In this document: one piece after another, positions 17,103 through 26,511 of the stretch
Layout of the letters: each line of letters starts with the position of its first letter
Numbering within the stretch: position 1 is the first letter of the stretch
Assembly: GCA_964547855.1 (NCBI GenBank)
Contig: CAZJPG010000001.1
Coordinates: forward strand, 1,337 to 65,336
Reading direction: 5' to 3'
Length of the DNA: 64,000 nt
DNA from: an uncultured Gammaproteobacteria bacterium
Lineage (GTDB): Bacteria; Patescibacteriota; Patescibacteriia; Patescibacteriales; WJLG01
Made by a program: the position numbers and the translations under genes
The notes under the pieces: generated by a model
What the model saw: the letters and a program-made list of their open reading frames with translations, nothing else
Told to the model about the DNA's origin: nothing
The model's database searches: none

Positions 17103-17780
17103 TTATTTTTTAGAGCAAAATCCTAGTTTGCACTCCAAATCATCTTTTGGATCGCAAACATATGCGGACGAAGACGAGGAACAGCATGGGTTATTAGCCT
17201 CTCCGCACCTTTCACAGCGACCTCCAGTCAAAAGCTGACCATCAAGACAAATACTACCACCAGAACACGCTGGAGCCCCATCAAAACCGCAACTGCGGCA
17301 ATATCCTTCATAACATTCATTATTCTCGCCCTTACCGATTACGCAAGGCTCAGAACCAACACAACAAGGATTGCCCAAAAGACCACATTGCACACACTCA
17401 TCTTCAGAACAGACTAAACCAGGAGAACAAGGAGCTTCGGAAGGACAACAGACATCGCCTTCGTCACCGCAATGCGAACAAACCCCGTCGCGACAAGCCA
17501 AACCCTCGGAACATTGGTCACCTTCGCAGCAAAACTGATCCTCACCACCGCAAGCACAAGAATCCGCACAATGATTCCTGTTGTGATTATTCGGATCGAC
17601 GCAACACTGTTGACCAAAATTACAGGTCGGATCGGAGGCACAACAAGGCAAAAGATCCAGGCCACAATCTTGAGCCAGGAGTATCTCTGGTTGTTCATTT
17701 TTTGGTGTTTTTTTACCACCAGAGCAACCAGAAACTGTCAAAACCACCAATAAACTAAGTAAAATAAGCCTCTTCTTCAT
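17103..17780 (-). CDS. cysteine-rich repeat lipoprotein
   Basis: 225 aa. Signal peptide with lipobox LTVSGC. After that, about 40 Cys arranged in roughly five ~33-aa repeats of the pattern CG-x(3-5)-CC-x(4-6)-C-x(3)-G-x(2)-C-x(3-5)-C-x(2). Confidence 0.7.
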   Translation of the reverse strand: MKKRLILLSLLVVLTVSGCSGGKKTPKNEQPEILLAQDCGLDLLPCCASDPTCNFGQQCCVDPNNHNRNHCADSCACGGEDQFCCEGDQCSEGLACRDGVCSHCGDEGDVCCPSEAPCSPGLVCSEDECVQCGLLGNPCCVGSEPCVIGKGENNECYEGYCRSCGFDGAPACSGGSICLDGQLLTGGRCERCGEANNPCCSSSSSAYVCDPKDDLECKLGFCSKK

Positions 17781-17863
17781 AAAAACATATAAATCATGCT
17801 ATTATTATAGTATAAACAAAAATAAAAACAAAATAATAAATTACTAAATGGTTTAAAAGATCA

Positions 17864-18373
17864 TTGTCGGTCGTTGCCATATCGTCTTGTTTGATTGCAC
17901 CATGCTTGTCTACGGCACAAGCTGAAAACGATGATATATATCGGGAAATAAAAGCTAACCCATCCCCTAAGACAGCTTCCCTATTTATTACACCCATCAA
18001 AGATCGTTCAGGAGAAAAACTGATCATCGATTTAGTAGTCGACCCTGGCGGAGAGGATGTGAATGCCATCGACACTGAAATAAGTTTCGACAAAGACAGA
18101 CTTAAACTAATAGACATAAGTCACGATAAATCATTTTGCGAATTCTTCATCGAAGAAGATGTTTCTGTCGACGGAAAAATTAAATTGAGTTGTCTAGCTC
18201 CTTTTCCAGGAATCAAAGAAATACGCAATGTCTACACTTTAACCTTTGAGAAAAAAGACAAAGGAGAGACAGAGATAAGATTATCACCTCGATCCATGGT
18301 TCTAGCCAACGACGGCTATGGCACGAATATAGTAAGGGAAATAAAGAATCAAAAAATAAATTTAGAACAATAG
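17864..18373 (+). CDS. small cohesin-like domain protein
   Basis: 169 aa with a TTG start. IIDLVVDPGGEDVNAIDTEISFDKDRLKLIDIS...YTLTFEKKDKGETEIRLSPRSMVLANDGYGTNIV parallels the N-terminal domains of the genes at 18501, 20332 and 48677. Confidence 0.5.
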   Translation: MSVVAISSCLIAPCLSTAQAENDDIYREIKANPSPKTASLFITPIKDRSGEKLIIDLVVDPGGEDVNAIDTEISFDKDRLKLIDISHDKSFCEFFIEEDVSVDGKIKLSCLAPFPGIKEIRNVYTLTFEKKDKGETEIRLSPRSMVLANDGYGTNIVREIKNQKINLEQ

Positions 18374-18389
18374 AAGTAGGTATCTCTAT

Positions 18390-18417
18390 AAAACCTCGGT
18401 ACTAGACCGAGGTTTTT
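18390..18417 (+). terminator. rho-independent terminator (+)
   Basis: AAACCTCGGTactaGACCGAGGTTTTTAA. Confidence 0.75.
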
Positions 18418-18445
18418 AATAACCAAGTATTCGCTCCGATCAGAT

Positions 18446-18478
18446 AAACCAAAACCACCAGCTTTAAGCTGGTGGTGG
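18446..18478 (-). terminator. rho-independent terminator (-) of the 586-aa cohesin-like gene
   Basis: Minus read CCACCAGCttaaaGCTGGTGGTTTTGGTTTAT. Confidence 0.7.
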
Positions 18479-18500
18479 ATCATATATTTCTTCTATCTAA

Positions 18501-20261
18501 CTATTTCAATATCTTTTCGACATCCTTAACTTCTTTCATTATCTTTTTACCAGTATCGATAATGCGCTCCTCTAATCTCTGTTTCAAGCCAACGATCTCC
18601 CTGGAAACGTCCCCCTTAGCGCCTCTTCCTGCCCTATCTCTGGACAGTCTAGCCAGAGCAGCGGCCTCGCTAGTCAGTGATGCCTTTAATATCTCTAGAT
18701 TCTTTTCTAAAACTTCTTCTATCTCTATAGTTTCTTTTCTTAAGCGCTTCCTAAGCAGTCTTGCTATCAATACTGACAAAAATATTATCAAAACGACCAT
18801 GAAGATCAAAGAAACAAAAACAGTGAAATAATTGATCACGAAAGACCCGAAACGAGCGAAGACAGGAGGAGACACCAAAAAGCTGGCTATACTCGAAGGA
18901 CGGCTGAACAAACCATTGACATTGACCGCCTCCGCCCAAAACACATAGCGACCATTTGCCAAATTATTAGGCGAAACGAAAGACCAAGAACCATCCTTAT
19001 CAGAATTGACTGAATAAATATTTGTTTTATCAGAATCCTCTCCTTTAATGAATATCTTTATCGAGGCATTAGGAATTGACGTGCCAGAAACGAAAAATTT
19101 ATCATCAGAAGACAATTCTGCGGAATAATTATCTATCTTTGGTTCTAAGATTGGTTTTATCTCTAAATTGACAGTGGACACAGTCTCATTACCAGCCTCA
19201 TCGACCGCCCTGACCATGACCGTATGCTCGCCGGTCTCAAGATCCGAAAGCTTCAAAGAACCCTTATCAGAAGAAACTACGAATGGCTCTGATTTCAAGC
19301 TATTCAAAACTAAAGAATATTTAGTAAGACCAGAGAGTTTATCTATAGTCTTAAAATACACAGTTGGCCAATCGTTCGGATCTTGCTGCTCACTCCAAGC
19401 CTCAAATGCCTCTGGTGGCGTCGTATCAATCCTTATAGGACGATTAACGACAGTTCCCCACTCCTTTCCTTTTTTGGCTTTGATATGAAAATACCAAACA
19501 CCATCGGAGTCGGCTATATATTCCTTACTGTCAAAAAGCCCATCTGAAGTATCACCTGGATCAGCTATCGGATTTTTATCGAACGACACACTTACGCCAT
19601 CCGCTCCATCGGGTAGTTTCCAAGACAATTTTATCTGTCGATCGCGATACCACTTATCGGGGTCAGGATTGGTCTCTGAAGAGACTACTGGTTCCAAAAA
19701 AGGCATTTCTTCGCCCTCTTGGCTAGATATTTTAATTGCCGTATTTTCCACTCCTGGAACTATGACCGCTGGATTTATCGAGAAACTAGCCCCGCCCATA
19801 GCAGTTAAAATATTCGTTCCTTTCCCATCATTGGCCAAAACCGAGCCTGAAACGAAAGTAACCTCAGCCGTCCCGGCTTGCAGAGCTTCAAAGACGATAG
19901 AGAAAACAGAACCACCATTACCGTCATAACCAGGGCGCGGAATTCCCCCTCCAAAATTTATAGCCCCCTCGGAATTAGAAAACGATGGCTCGTCCGTCCA
20001 AAAAGCCAGCACAGAGCCATTCTTTGAGACTCCAACTACCTTTAAAGATTTCTTATCAAAACTTATAGTGCCCTGAGTAGCATTGATCGCCTGTCCTCCA
20101 GTATTCATCTTAACCGATACCGTAAACCTTGAGCCAACGCTTTGTGTGCTAGCCGATGGGCTAAAATAAAGAGAGGCGCCGGCAGCAAAAACACCCTTAG
20201 CTGGCAAAAATACTACCAGTAAAAGTAAAGTGAGAAGGAAAAACGATATCCTTTTTTTCAT
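18501..20261 (-). CDS. cohesin-like domain surface protein with C-terminal TM anchor and cytoplasmic coiled-coil tail
   Basis: 586 aa. Signal peptide (VFAAG), then the domain SLYFSPSASTQSVGSRFTVSVKMNTGGQAINATQGTISFDKKSLKVV...VLANDGKGTNIL. Ig-like middle, a TM (FTVFVSLIFMVVLIIFLSVLI), and a tail ending EVKDVEKILK. Paralogue of 48677..50488. Confidence 0.6.
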   Translation of the reverse strand: MKKRISFFLLTLLLLVVFLPAKGVFAAGASLYFSPSASTQSVGSRFTVSVKMNTGGQAINATQGTISFDKKSLKVVGVSKNGSVLAFWTDEPSFSNSEGAINFGGGIPRPGYDGNGGSVFSIVFEALQAGTAEVTFVSGSVLANDGKGTNILTAMGGASFSINPAVIVPGVENTAIKISSQEGEEMPFLEPVVSSETNPDPDKWYRDRQIKLSWKLPDGADGVSVSFDKNPIADPGDTSDGLFDSKEYIADSDGVWYFHIKAKKGKEWGTVVNRPIRIDTTPPEAFEAWSEQQDPNDWPTVYFKTIDKLSGLTKYSLVLNSLKSEPFVVSSDKGSLKLSDLETGEHTVMVRAVDEAGNETVSTVNLEIKPILEPKIDNYSAELSSDDKFFVSGTSIPNASIKIFIKGEDSDKTNIYSVNSDKDGSWSFVSPNNLANGRYVFWAEAVNVNGLFSRPSSIASFLVSPPVFARFGSFVINYFTVFVSLIFMVVLIIFLSVLIARLLRKRLRKETIEIEEVLEKNLEILKASLTSEAAALARLSRDRAGRGAKGDVSREIVGLKQRLEERIIDTGKKIMKEVKDVEKILK

Positions 20262-20298
20262 ACTCCTTGTTTATTCGAAGAATAACTAACTTGTTATT

Positions 20299-20328
20299 AT
20301 TATACTACGGTCACCTGACATAAGGCAA
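20299..20328 (-). promoter_or_regulatory. putative promoter TTGCCT-18-TATAAT
   Basis: Minus read TTGCCTtatgtcaggtgaccgtagTATAAT, then AAGGAGt before ATG 20261. Confidence 0.5.
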
Positions 20329-20331
20329 CTT

Positions 20332-21357
20332 TTATTTTCTTCTCACCTTGGCGAATGTCAACCAAACTATCGAAGCCAAGACAAAAGCTAAAGCCACTCC
20401 GGCCGCCCATGGCCACACCGGCGGACGATTTTGAAGCTTGACGAAATCTTCTAGGGCGTCGTTATGATATTCTATCACTCTTTCATTCCCAACCCTATCC
20501 ACTGCTTTGACCTTAATCACGCTATTCAAGGACTGATCTTTCAACACATAAGGAGAGGACGTCTTCTCGTAAGAGATTGATTCGTTCGACTTAAAGACGC
20601 CACGACGAATAGAGTCCCAAAACGATTTATTCTTATTGCTCACGAGATCGTTTGGCTTAGCTTCCAATACTTCGTAGTGATCTATTCCGGTCTGTTTATC
20701 AGTAGTAGAAAAAACTATGAAATATTTTCCTCCTGCGACTTTATCGTCGTGACTTATCTCTATGACAAAAGGCTCTGGAGGTACCTTGTCTTCGATCATT
20801 TTTTGACTCCAGTCATCCCTAACCTCCGATATTTGCTCATCTATAGTAGTGTTCATGCCCTGTGTCTCCATCTTAGCCAGTGTTCCCTGTCCATCACTAA
20901 GATAAACCTCGGTATTAACACCGAAATCTACACCAGCTTTATGAAAAAGCACTGGATTTTTCACGGCAAAAACTACAGAACCAAGGACATTGCTATCACC
21001 AGGATCGCCAGATATCCTGCCACAATAACCGCCAGGCAACCCCCCGGAAAAACTTATCTCCCCTTTGGAGTTTATAGCGTCCATATCCTCTCTGGTCGGC
21101 CTATCTATCCACAATGAAAAAATCGAATCTCCAGTATCGAAATCCTTGGCCTCTAGCGCCTCCGAAGGAAACAACAGCGATATATTGGCAGCATTGATGC
21201 ACTCTCCATCACCAACACCGACTTTGACTTTAACCTCGAATATGTCGTTTGGTCCGACCGTATCAGTCGGAGGGTCTAAATACAAAGTAGCCGCCCGTGC
21301 CGACAGTGGTAATAGCAACAGCGATAAGAAAATAAAAGATAACCTACTGAAATTCAT
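20332..21357 (-). CDS. cohesin-like domain surface protein with C-terminal TM anchor
   Basis: 341 aa. Signal peptide (SARAAT), then LYLDPPTDTVGPNDIFEVKVKVGVGDGECINAANISLLFPSEALEAKDF...YLSDGQGTLA, and a C-terminal TM WPWAAGVALAFVLASIVWLTF followed by KVRRK. Confidence 0.55.
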   Translation of the reverse strand: MNFSRLSFIFLSLLLLPLSARAATLYLDPPTDTVGPNDIFEVKVKVGVGDGECINAANISLLFPSEALEAKDFDTGDSIFSLWIDRPTREDMDAINSKGEISFSGGLPGGYCGRISGDPGDSNVLGSVVFAVKNPVLFHKAGVDFGVNTEVYLSDGQGTLAKMETQGMNTTIDEQISEVRDDWSQKMIEDKVPPEPFVIEISHDDKVAGGKYFIVFSTTDKQTGIDHYEVLEAKPNDLVSNKNKSFWDSIRRGVFKSNESISYEKTSSPYVLKDQSLNSVIKVKAVDRVGNERVIEYHNDALEDFVKLQNRPPVWPWAAGVALAFVLASIVWLTFAKVRRK

Positions 21358-21378
21358 ATTTCTTAATTCATAATTAAT

Positions 21379-22686
21379 TTATCCAGTCCAATAGAACATC
21401 ATAATGGAAAAATCTGGCAAACCAACTTTTCCATCACTATTAATATCGGCTGTTTTCTCTGTGGTGTTCCAGTGATAAAGGAGAATAGAAAAATCGACCA
21501 AATTTACCGACCCATCACAATTTAAGTCAGCGATACCGCAATTACCCTCTTCTGGGACATTATTGCCAACATAAAAACTTACCGTACGAGAAAAGTTACT
21601 CTCGATCACCCCCTCTGGGCTTTTAAGCCTGATCATGGCTTTGGCGGTATGAAAATCCTCTTCTAGCTCTTTAGTGTTAAACAACAACGTCCAATCGCCA
21701 ACGGCGTTACTGGTGGTTGTGCTTATATTCTCCTTTAAAGAGTTAACATTTATCTGAAGATCCACAGTCGGAGAACTCTTGCCGAATATTTTAATGTCCT
21801 CGCCTTTATTAACTTTCTTCTTGTCGACATCGATCGTAGGCGAAAGATATATGTTCGATATGGTCGTTACGGATTTAGACGCTATACGAAAAGTCAATGT
21901 AACTAAAGTGGACTTTAAGCCCCTATCATCTTCGGTCCAGAGACCAAAAGTCGATATGCCAGGGGTCACATCATCCTCCTGAAAGCGAAAATCACCACTA
22001 GCATCAGCCTTAACTATGCCAACGACTTTACCATCGATCAAAACCCTAACATCGGAGTTAGGATAAGACTTTCCTTTAATAATAACGACCGTCTTATCTG
22101 GCTCTATTTTTTGTCCAGGAAAATAACCATTAGTAGACCCGCTGGATCCTCCGCCGCCACCAGTCGTTGGTGTCTCTCCGTCTTTTGGTTCGGTCGTACC
22201 AACAATAACACAATCACTGAGATCTAAACGACAACCAGGCGCACAATGCAAGTCGCCACTTGTATAACCATAATCGGCACAAGAAGTACCACCACCAAAA
22301 TCAGTACCATCGCACTCCTCGACAGGGCCTTCCTTAAAGCCATCACCACAAGTATAACAAGTGCTAGTGCTATAAGCCGAACAATCCTCTGTGCAAGCCA
22401 ATGTTCCAGAGATATAAGGAACTCCGGTATGGGGATTTATAAAATCTTGGCAGGTCGTAGTTCCAGTGTTCACTGGGTTGCCAGCCAAGATATCACCCTT
22501 GTCACAAAACTCATACATCGGATCGACGACTCCATCACCGCAAATCAAAAGTATTTCCAAATGAGTCAAGACGCTATCACTGGCATCGGCATACCTAAAA
22601 GACGGCGCGGTCCAAGAGCCGGGAAATGTTATAGCCAGCAGGCACAAAAAACAAACCAAAATTGATATCTTTCTAATTTTTAACAT
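21379..22686 (-). CDS. secreted protein with CGDG/EECD-type Cys-rich repeats, Ig-like domains and a C-terminal dockerin-like module
   Basis: 435 aa. Cys-rich repeats CGDGVVDPMYEFCDKG and CGDGFKEGPVEECDG. The C-terminus DLNCDGSVNLVDFSILLYHW...DINSDGKVGLPDFSIMMFYWTG is two EF-hand-like D-x-N-x-D-G-x-V-x-x-x-D-F segments. Confidence 0.65.
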   Translation of the reverse strand: MLKIRKISILVCFLCLLAITFPGSWTAPSFRYADASDSVLTHLEILLICGDGVVDPMYEFCDKGDILAGNPVNTGTTTCQDFINPHTGVPYISGTLACTEDCSAYSTSTCYTCGDGFKEGPVEECDGTDFGGGTSCADYGYTSGDLHCAPGCRLDLSDCVIVGTTEPKDGETPTTGGGGGSSGSTNGYFPGQKIEPDKTVVIIKGKSYPNSDVRVLIDGKVVGIVKADASGDFRFQEDDVTPGISTFGLWTEDDRGLKSTLVTLTFRIASKSVTTISNIYLSPTIDVDKKKVNKGEDIKIFGKSSPTVDLQINVNSLKENISTTTSNAVGDWTLLFNTKELEEDFHTAKAMIRLKSPEGVIESNFSRTVSFYVGNNVPEEGNCGIADLNCDGSVNLVDFSILLYHWNTTEKTADINSDGKVGLPDFSIMMFYWTG

Positions 22687-22727
22687 AAGAAATTACGCCT
22701 TTTAAAAACAACCTTTCGGAAATTTCT

Positions 22728-23786
22728 TTAGTGATTACCATCCTTATGCTTCTCCGCTTGCTTCACTACCCAGCGCCAAAAATTCTTATTAGCCGACTTT
22801 GCCGCACTCTTAACCCCCTTGCCAACAGGCTTCGTTGGCAACAACAAGATCAACATTATATAACGCCAGAATCTTATCCTCACCAAAACAACGACCACAA
22901 GCACAGACAACAATATCAAAGCAGCCAAGACCAACCACGGACCAGCGCCAAGAGACCTTGCGCTAGCACCAAGCACTCCTGGTTTTTCTACTGAGAAAGC
23001 TATTTCATAGAAATTAACGACTTCATTCTCTTTATAAACCTTTATCTTGCCCCAATACTGTCCTGGCGGTAGCTTGGTTGGAAAATCAGCGACCACTTCA
23101 CCCACCGAAAAAGGCTTAACCTTCTTCATCGTCTTGTCCTCTCCTTCTTGTATCAACTTAGTTTTAGTTATGTCATAAACTTCCAAAGAAACTTTAGAAG
23201 GGGCGGTCTCCACATTGCCAGTATTCTCCACATTCATCACTACCCTAGTTCGATAAAATATCTTATCGAACACCTTGGACCAAATTTTCCAATTCCAAGG
23301 TGGGCCGAGTTTTTCAAAGTCAGGAATAGACACCATGCGCACCAAAAAATTGGCATTAGAAACATTTGTTAATGCCAAATCGATGTCTATCCTAGCGCCC
23401 AAAGCAATTGAGACGCCGCTGGCCTTGTCGCCATCAGGAAGGACCTTAATATTTATGTTACCAGAATAATTGCCCAACTCAGCGCTCTTCGGAATCTCAA
23501 AGGTAACTGTCATTGGAACCTGCAATTCACCTTTGGGCAATATAAACTCCTCGCCTTTATCTATTTTTATCCACGACTCCATTTCAGTGGCATTCACCTT
23601 GATAGTGGCTTTTAGATCTTCTTCAGCCGAAGATCTAAGGAGCATTATCTTTACTGGATAGGTGGCACCAGGAGTCAATTGGTGGTTTTTGATACGCGGC
23701 GGAGATACACCAAAGCCGGCATGAGCAGCGTTCGCCCAACCAAAAAATAACAATAAAAATAGGAAAGGCGCTAATTTTCTTAGCAT
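22728..23786 (-). CDS. two-domain beta-sandwich surface protein with C-terminal TM and basic tail (DUF916/DUF3324-like, CscA-like)
   Basis: 352 aa with a signal peptide (ANAAHAG). It has the same architecture and motifs as the genes at 55183, 56235 and 57242, for example NVENTGNVETAP versus ENLGNVHIQP. Confidence 0.45.
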   Translation of the reverse strand: MLRKLAPFLFLLLFFGWANAAHAGFGVSPPRIKNHQLTPGATYPVKIMLLRSSAEEDLKATIKVNATEMESWIKIDKGEEFILPKGELQVPMTVTFEIPKSAELGNYSGNINIKVLPDGDKASGVSIALGARIDIDLALTNVSNANFLVRMVSIPDFEKLGPPWNWKIWSKVFDKIFYRTRVVMNVENTGNVETAPSKVSLEVYDITKTKLIQEGEDKTMKKVKPFSVGEVVADFPTKLPPGQYWGKIKVYKENEVVNFYEIAFSVEKPGVLGASARSLGAGPWLVLAALILLSVLVVVVLVRIRFWRYIMLILLLPTKPVGKGVKSAAKSANKNFWRWVVKQAEKHKDGNH

Positions 23787-23942
23787 TTCCTTTTACCACA
23801 AAACACCCTTAATAGGCATTTGAATGGGTATATTATCACATCCTAAATCATACAATATAAGACCAACAATTGCAACTTGATTTTCTGGGGAAAAAATGGG
23901 TATTTCTATTAATCTCTTAAAAGGTCTTAATTTGACATCAAC

Positions 23943-23972
23943 TAAAAAAGAGGGCGTAATGAACGCCCTCTT
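23943..23972 (-). terminator. rho-independent terminator of the 596-aa gene
   Basis: Minus read AAGAGGGCGttcattaCGCCCTCTTTTTTAG. Confidence 0.8.
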
Positions 23973-23988
23973 CAAAGAAATCTATTTA

Positions 23989-25758
23989 TCACGGATAATT
24001 CCAGTTTCCATCAAGATCTTCGACAACTGTAAAAGTATTTTCTCCGTCATAATCAGCTGATGGTATTCCCAGAGGCACTAATATGCCCCAATAAATATCA
24101 TCCGTCACATCCACTCCACTCGTTGGTCTACCAACAACTACATCAGCCGTGGCTGGGGTGGTTGAAGACATATTGGTTCCGACGCCATAAGCGAAGTTAT
24201 TTATGCCCCACTCTTGGTTCTCTATGCCGATCAACTCCGGGCCAACTCCATTACGCAACATGTCTGTACCAGAAACATCCGCGTCTATCGGAGTGTTACC
24301 AAAATTAACTATGGTGGTCGTGCTATTATTTGTTCCAGTATCTAAACCGGCCTGAATTATGCCGTAATCGATCATGGTTTCTGTAACCTCCAAAGCGGCC
24401 GTAGAAATAACTTCTACTCCATCGACTGTTGTATAACTACCTGAACCGAAAGCTGCCTCATCCCAAGCGGTTATTCTGGCGAACCAAGATGTGGCAGCGG
24501 CAGCTGAATCAGCATCGGTTGGAACAGTATGGAACGCCATCGTAGTACTGCAAACAAAAGTAGCTGTAGCGTCATTGTCCGGATCGCCGGTACAACCACT
24601 CAAAAAACAATACGTAGCGGTTGTATGATAGCAATCATTATCATCGGCTGTGCAGTTAGCACCACCAGAAACCGTACCTAAATATATAGTACTAGTAGCG
24701 CTAACCAAATCTGAACATCCATTATTATCCGTTATACTCGTCGAGCTCGCAAGCACGTCTGTGCCTGGGGCATTCTTGAGCCCAAGACCTATATTCTGCC
24801 CACCATTCAACGTTACATTGGAAACCGTTGGGGCCACATTTGTTATCGTATAAGTAGAAGTATCGCCATTGGCCGTACCAGCGAGATCATGCCAGTCTTT
24901 TATAAATACCCAGTAATTATAGGCCCTGTCTTTAGTTGGTGCAGTGTCTGTATAATCACAGCTCACATCTGGAGCACTCGAAGACCCAGTACAGAGAGTC
25001 GTACTAGCGCAACCAGAAGCTAATGTCCAACTATTAGTAGAACAAACATACATCTCTATGTCGTCTGCCCCGCCAGTTATATCAGTATCTGTGGATTCTG
25101 CGAATATAGTAAAAGTTCCTCCGGGGTCTTGATTATCGACCGAAGTATAAGCATCTACCAGTGTTGGTGGGTGATTCACATAAAAAGGACTTCCACCGTC
25201 GCCGGACCCTTGAGCGCCAATCTTTGAACAACGCGGATCACCAAGATGATTATCGCAGACGAAGGCGTACCACTCCTGGGTTTCGCTTGCCACGTTCTTG
25301 ACATCATTATACGTACAAGTAGCCTGTACGGTAGAGCTTGATTTGGCCGAACGACAAAGGCCAGAACCGCCTATACACCAAGGTTCTGGAGTAGCTATCG
25401 TCGAAGTCGCGGCGCTGCTAGTGCAAACTATCAACCAATAGTCATCGTCCTCTCCGTCGGTGGCAGTTCCCTGAAAACCTATACTAGCCCCAACATTGAC
25501 TGGGGTGGTTGAAGTTGATGTCGGATTTTCGGTCGGACCAGCCGTAAACCATGGAGGAGCGTTCATGACGGTGACGGTCGTGGATGCTTGGTCGGCCTTA
25601 GCGTCTAGGCCGAAATCTATGAAGCCTTTATTTTGATTCAAGCCAACTAGATCGAAATTCAAATTAAAAGAAAACCCGACAAAGAAAAGATTGACGAGAC
25701 AGATAATCACGAAAACCGGTAGTGAACGTTTGGCTTTTTCTTTTAATATTTTACCCAT
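23989..25758 (-). CDS. secreted Cys-containing beta-rich protein; stand-alone paralogue of the C-terminal ~520 aa of the giant protein
   Basis: The track ORF starts at GTG 25779. ATG 25758 (MGKILKEKAKRSLPVFVIICLVNLFF) gives a better signal anchor. Blocks WYAFVCD, VNHPPT, DPGGTFTI, YTITNVAPTV, GCSDLVSATSTIY and DVTDDIYWGI align with the giant protein's C-terminus. Confidence 0.7.
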   Translation of the reverse strand: MGKILKEKAKRSLPVFVIICLVNLFFVGFSFNLNFDLVGLNQNKGFIDFGLDAKADQASTTVTVMNAPPWFTAGPTENPTSTSTTPVNVGASIGFQGTATDGEDDDYWLIVCTSSAATSTIATPEPWCIGGSGLCRSAKSSSTVQATCTYNDVKNVASETQEWYAFVCDNHLGDPRCSKIGAQGSGDGGSPFYVNHPPTLVDAYTSVDNQDPGGTFTIFAESTDTDITGGADDIEMYVCSTNSWTLASGCASTTLCTGSSSAPDVSCDYTDTAPTKDRAYNYWVFIKDWHDLAGTANGDTSTYTITNVAPTVSNVTLNGGQNIGLGLKNAPGTDVLASSTSITDNNGCSDLVSATSTIYLGTVSGGANCTADDNDCYHTTATYCFLSGCTGDPDNDATATFVCSTTMAFHTVPTDADSAAAATSWFARITAWDEAAFGSGSYTTVDGVEVISTAALEVTETMIDYGIIQAGLDTGTNNSTTTIVNFGNTPIDADVSGTDMLRNGVGPELIGIENQEWGINNFAYGVGTNMSSTTPATADVVVGRPTSGVDVTDDIYWGILVPLGIPSADYDGENTFTVVEDLDGNWNYP

Positions 25759-25779
25759 ATTCTTAAAAGCGCATGGCAC

Positions 25780-25788
25780 TTATCCACA
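25780..25788 (+). promoter_or_regulatory. perfect TTATCCACA 9-mer (DnaA-box consensus) in the leader of the 596-aa gene; function unknown
   Basis: Read directly from the sequence (cacTTATCCACAgcc). It lies between the -10 element at 25808..25816 and the start codon. Confidence 0.3.
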
Positions 25789-25807
25789 GCCTATTATAAC
25801 TTTTATA

Positions 25808-25816
25808 ATTATACCA
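25808..25816 (-). promoter_or_regulatory. extended -10 element TGGTATAAT
   Basis: Minus read aaaaTGGTATAATtataaaag, located ~50 nt upstream of ATG 25758. Confidence 0.5.
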
Positions 25817-25881
25817 TTTTTGATGGCAATAAAAAAGAATGTAGACCCTTTTTCTATTAAACAGCTGATATTAAATCAAAA

Positions 25882-26511
25882 TTAAACCTGATAAAAATAC
25901 ACATTGTCATCTCTGGTGTTTTCTTTCTCTTTTATAGTCAAAACCTTTTTATGGCGTATGAGAAAACCATACCAGACCTTTTTTGGTTCGACTTTAATAG
26001 TCTTTATTGGATCCAAATAAGGAATAATAAAACCAACGCTTATTATTACGGCATCGACACGTGGCTCGATCTTCAACTTGCGATAAAGCTCTCTTAAATC
26101 CTCTGGCGACAAGTAACAATAAACCACATTCGCCCTTTTAATATTTACCCTGTAATAATCACTGTGCAATATTCTCAACTTCTCCCTTTTCAATAAAGCT
26201 TGTAGCTTTGAAAGCCAAGCGCTAATAAGCCCACAATCCGCACCTATATATTCACCATCTGGCCATTTCTTTCTGGCCAAAGGCAAAAAACCAGAGCGCC
26301 CATACCCCAAAGAATAAAATACGGGTTTTTCTGGTGGATCCAACTCCTTAAGTATTCTCTCAATGACCTCCGGACGATGCGGAATGAACGGGACAAAGCC
26401 AAAAAATAAAAGATGCCGCAATATTAGCAATAAGCAAGTAAAGAACGTTGATACTATAACTATAATGATTATTTCTAAAATTCCCATTGTTTTCAGTTCC
26501 GAGAACGACAC
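25882..26511 (-). CDS. membrane-anchored hypothetical protein (weak class-I methyltransferase-like pattern)
   Basis: 209 aa. An N-terminal TM, then VFYSLGYGRSGF, which loosely resembles SAM-binding motif I. It is the last gene of the tightly packed run that begins with the giant gene. Confidence 0.5.
   Translation of the reverse strand: MSFSELKTMGILEIIIIVIVSTFFTCLLLILRHLLFFGFVPFIPHRPEVIERILKELDPPEKPVFYSLGYGRSGFLPLARKKWPDGEYIGADCGLISAWLSKLQALLKREKLRILHSDYYRVNIKRANVVYCYLSPEDLRELYRKLKIEPRVDAVIISVGFIIPYLDPIKTIKVEPKKVWYGFLIRHKKVLTIKEKENTRDDNVYFYQV

Noticed and set aside
17414-17753. Overlapping 101-aa (minus) and 93-aa (plus) ORFs inside the Cys-rich lipoprotein gene.
   Set aside because: They are alternative frames of a gene with a clear lipobox and a periodic Cys pattern, and there is no independent support for them.
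23793-23975. 60-aa minus-strand ORF between the 596-aa gene and the CscA-like gene.
   Set aside because: It spans the terminator hairpin (23943..23972) and the promoter region of the next gene. It has no RBS and an implausible composition.
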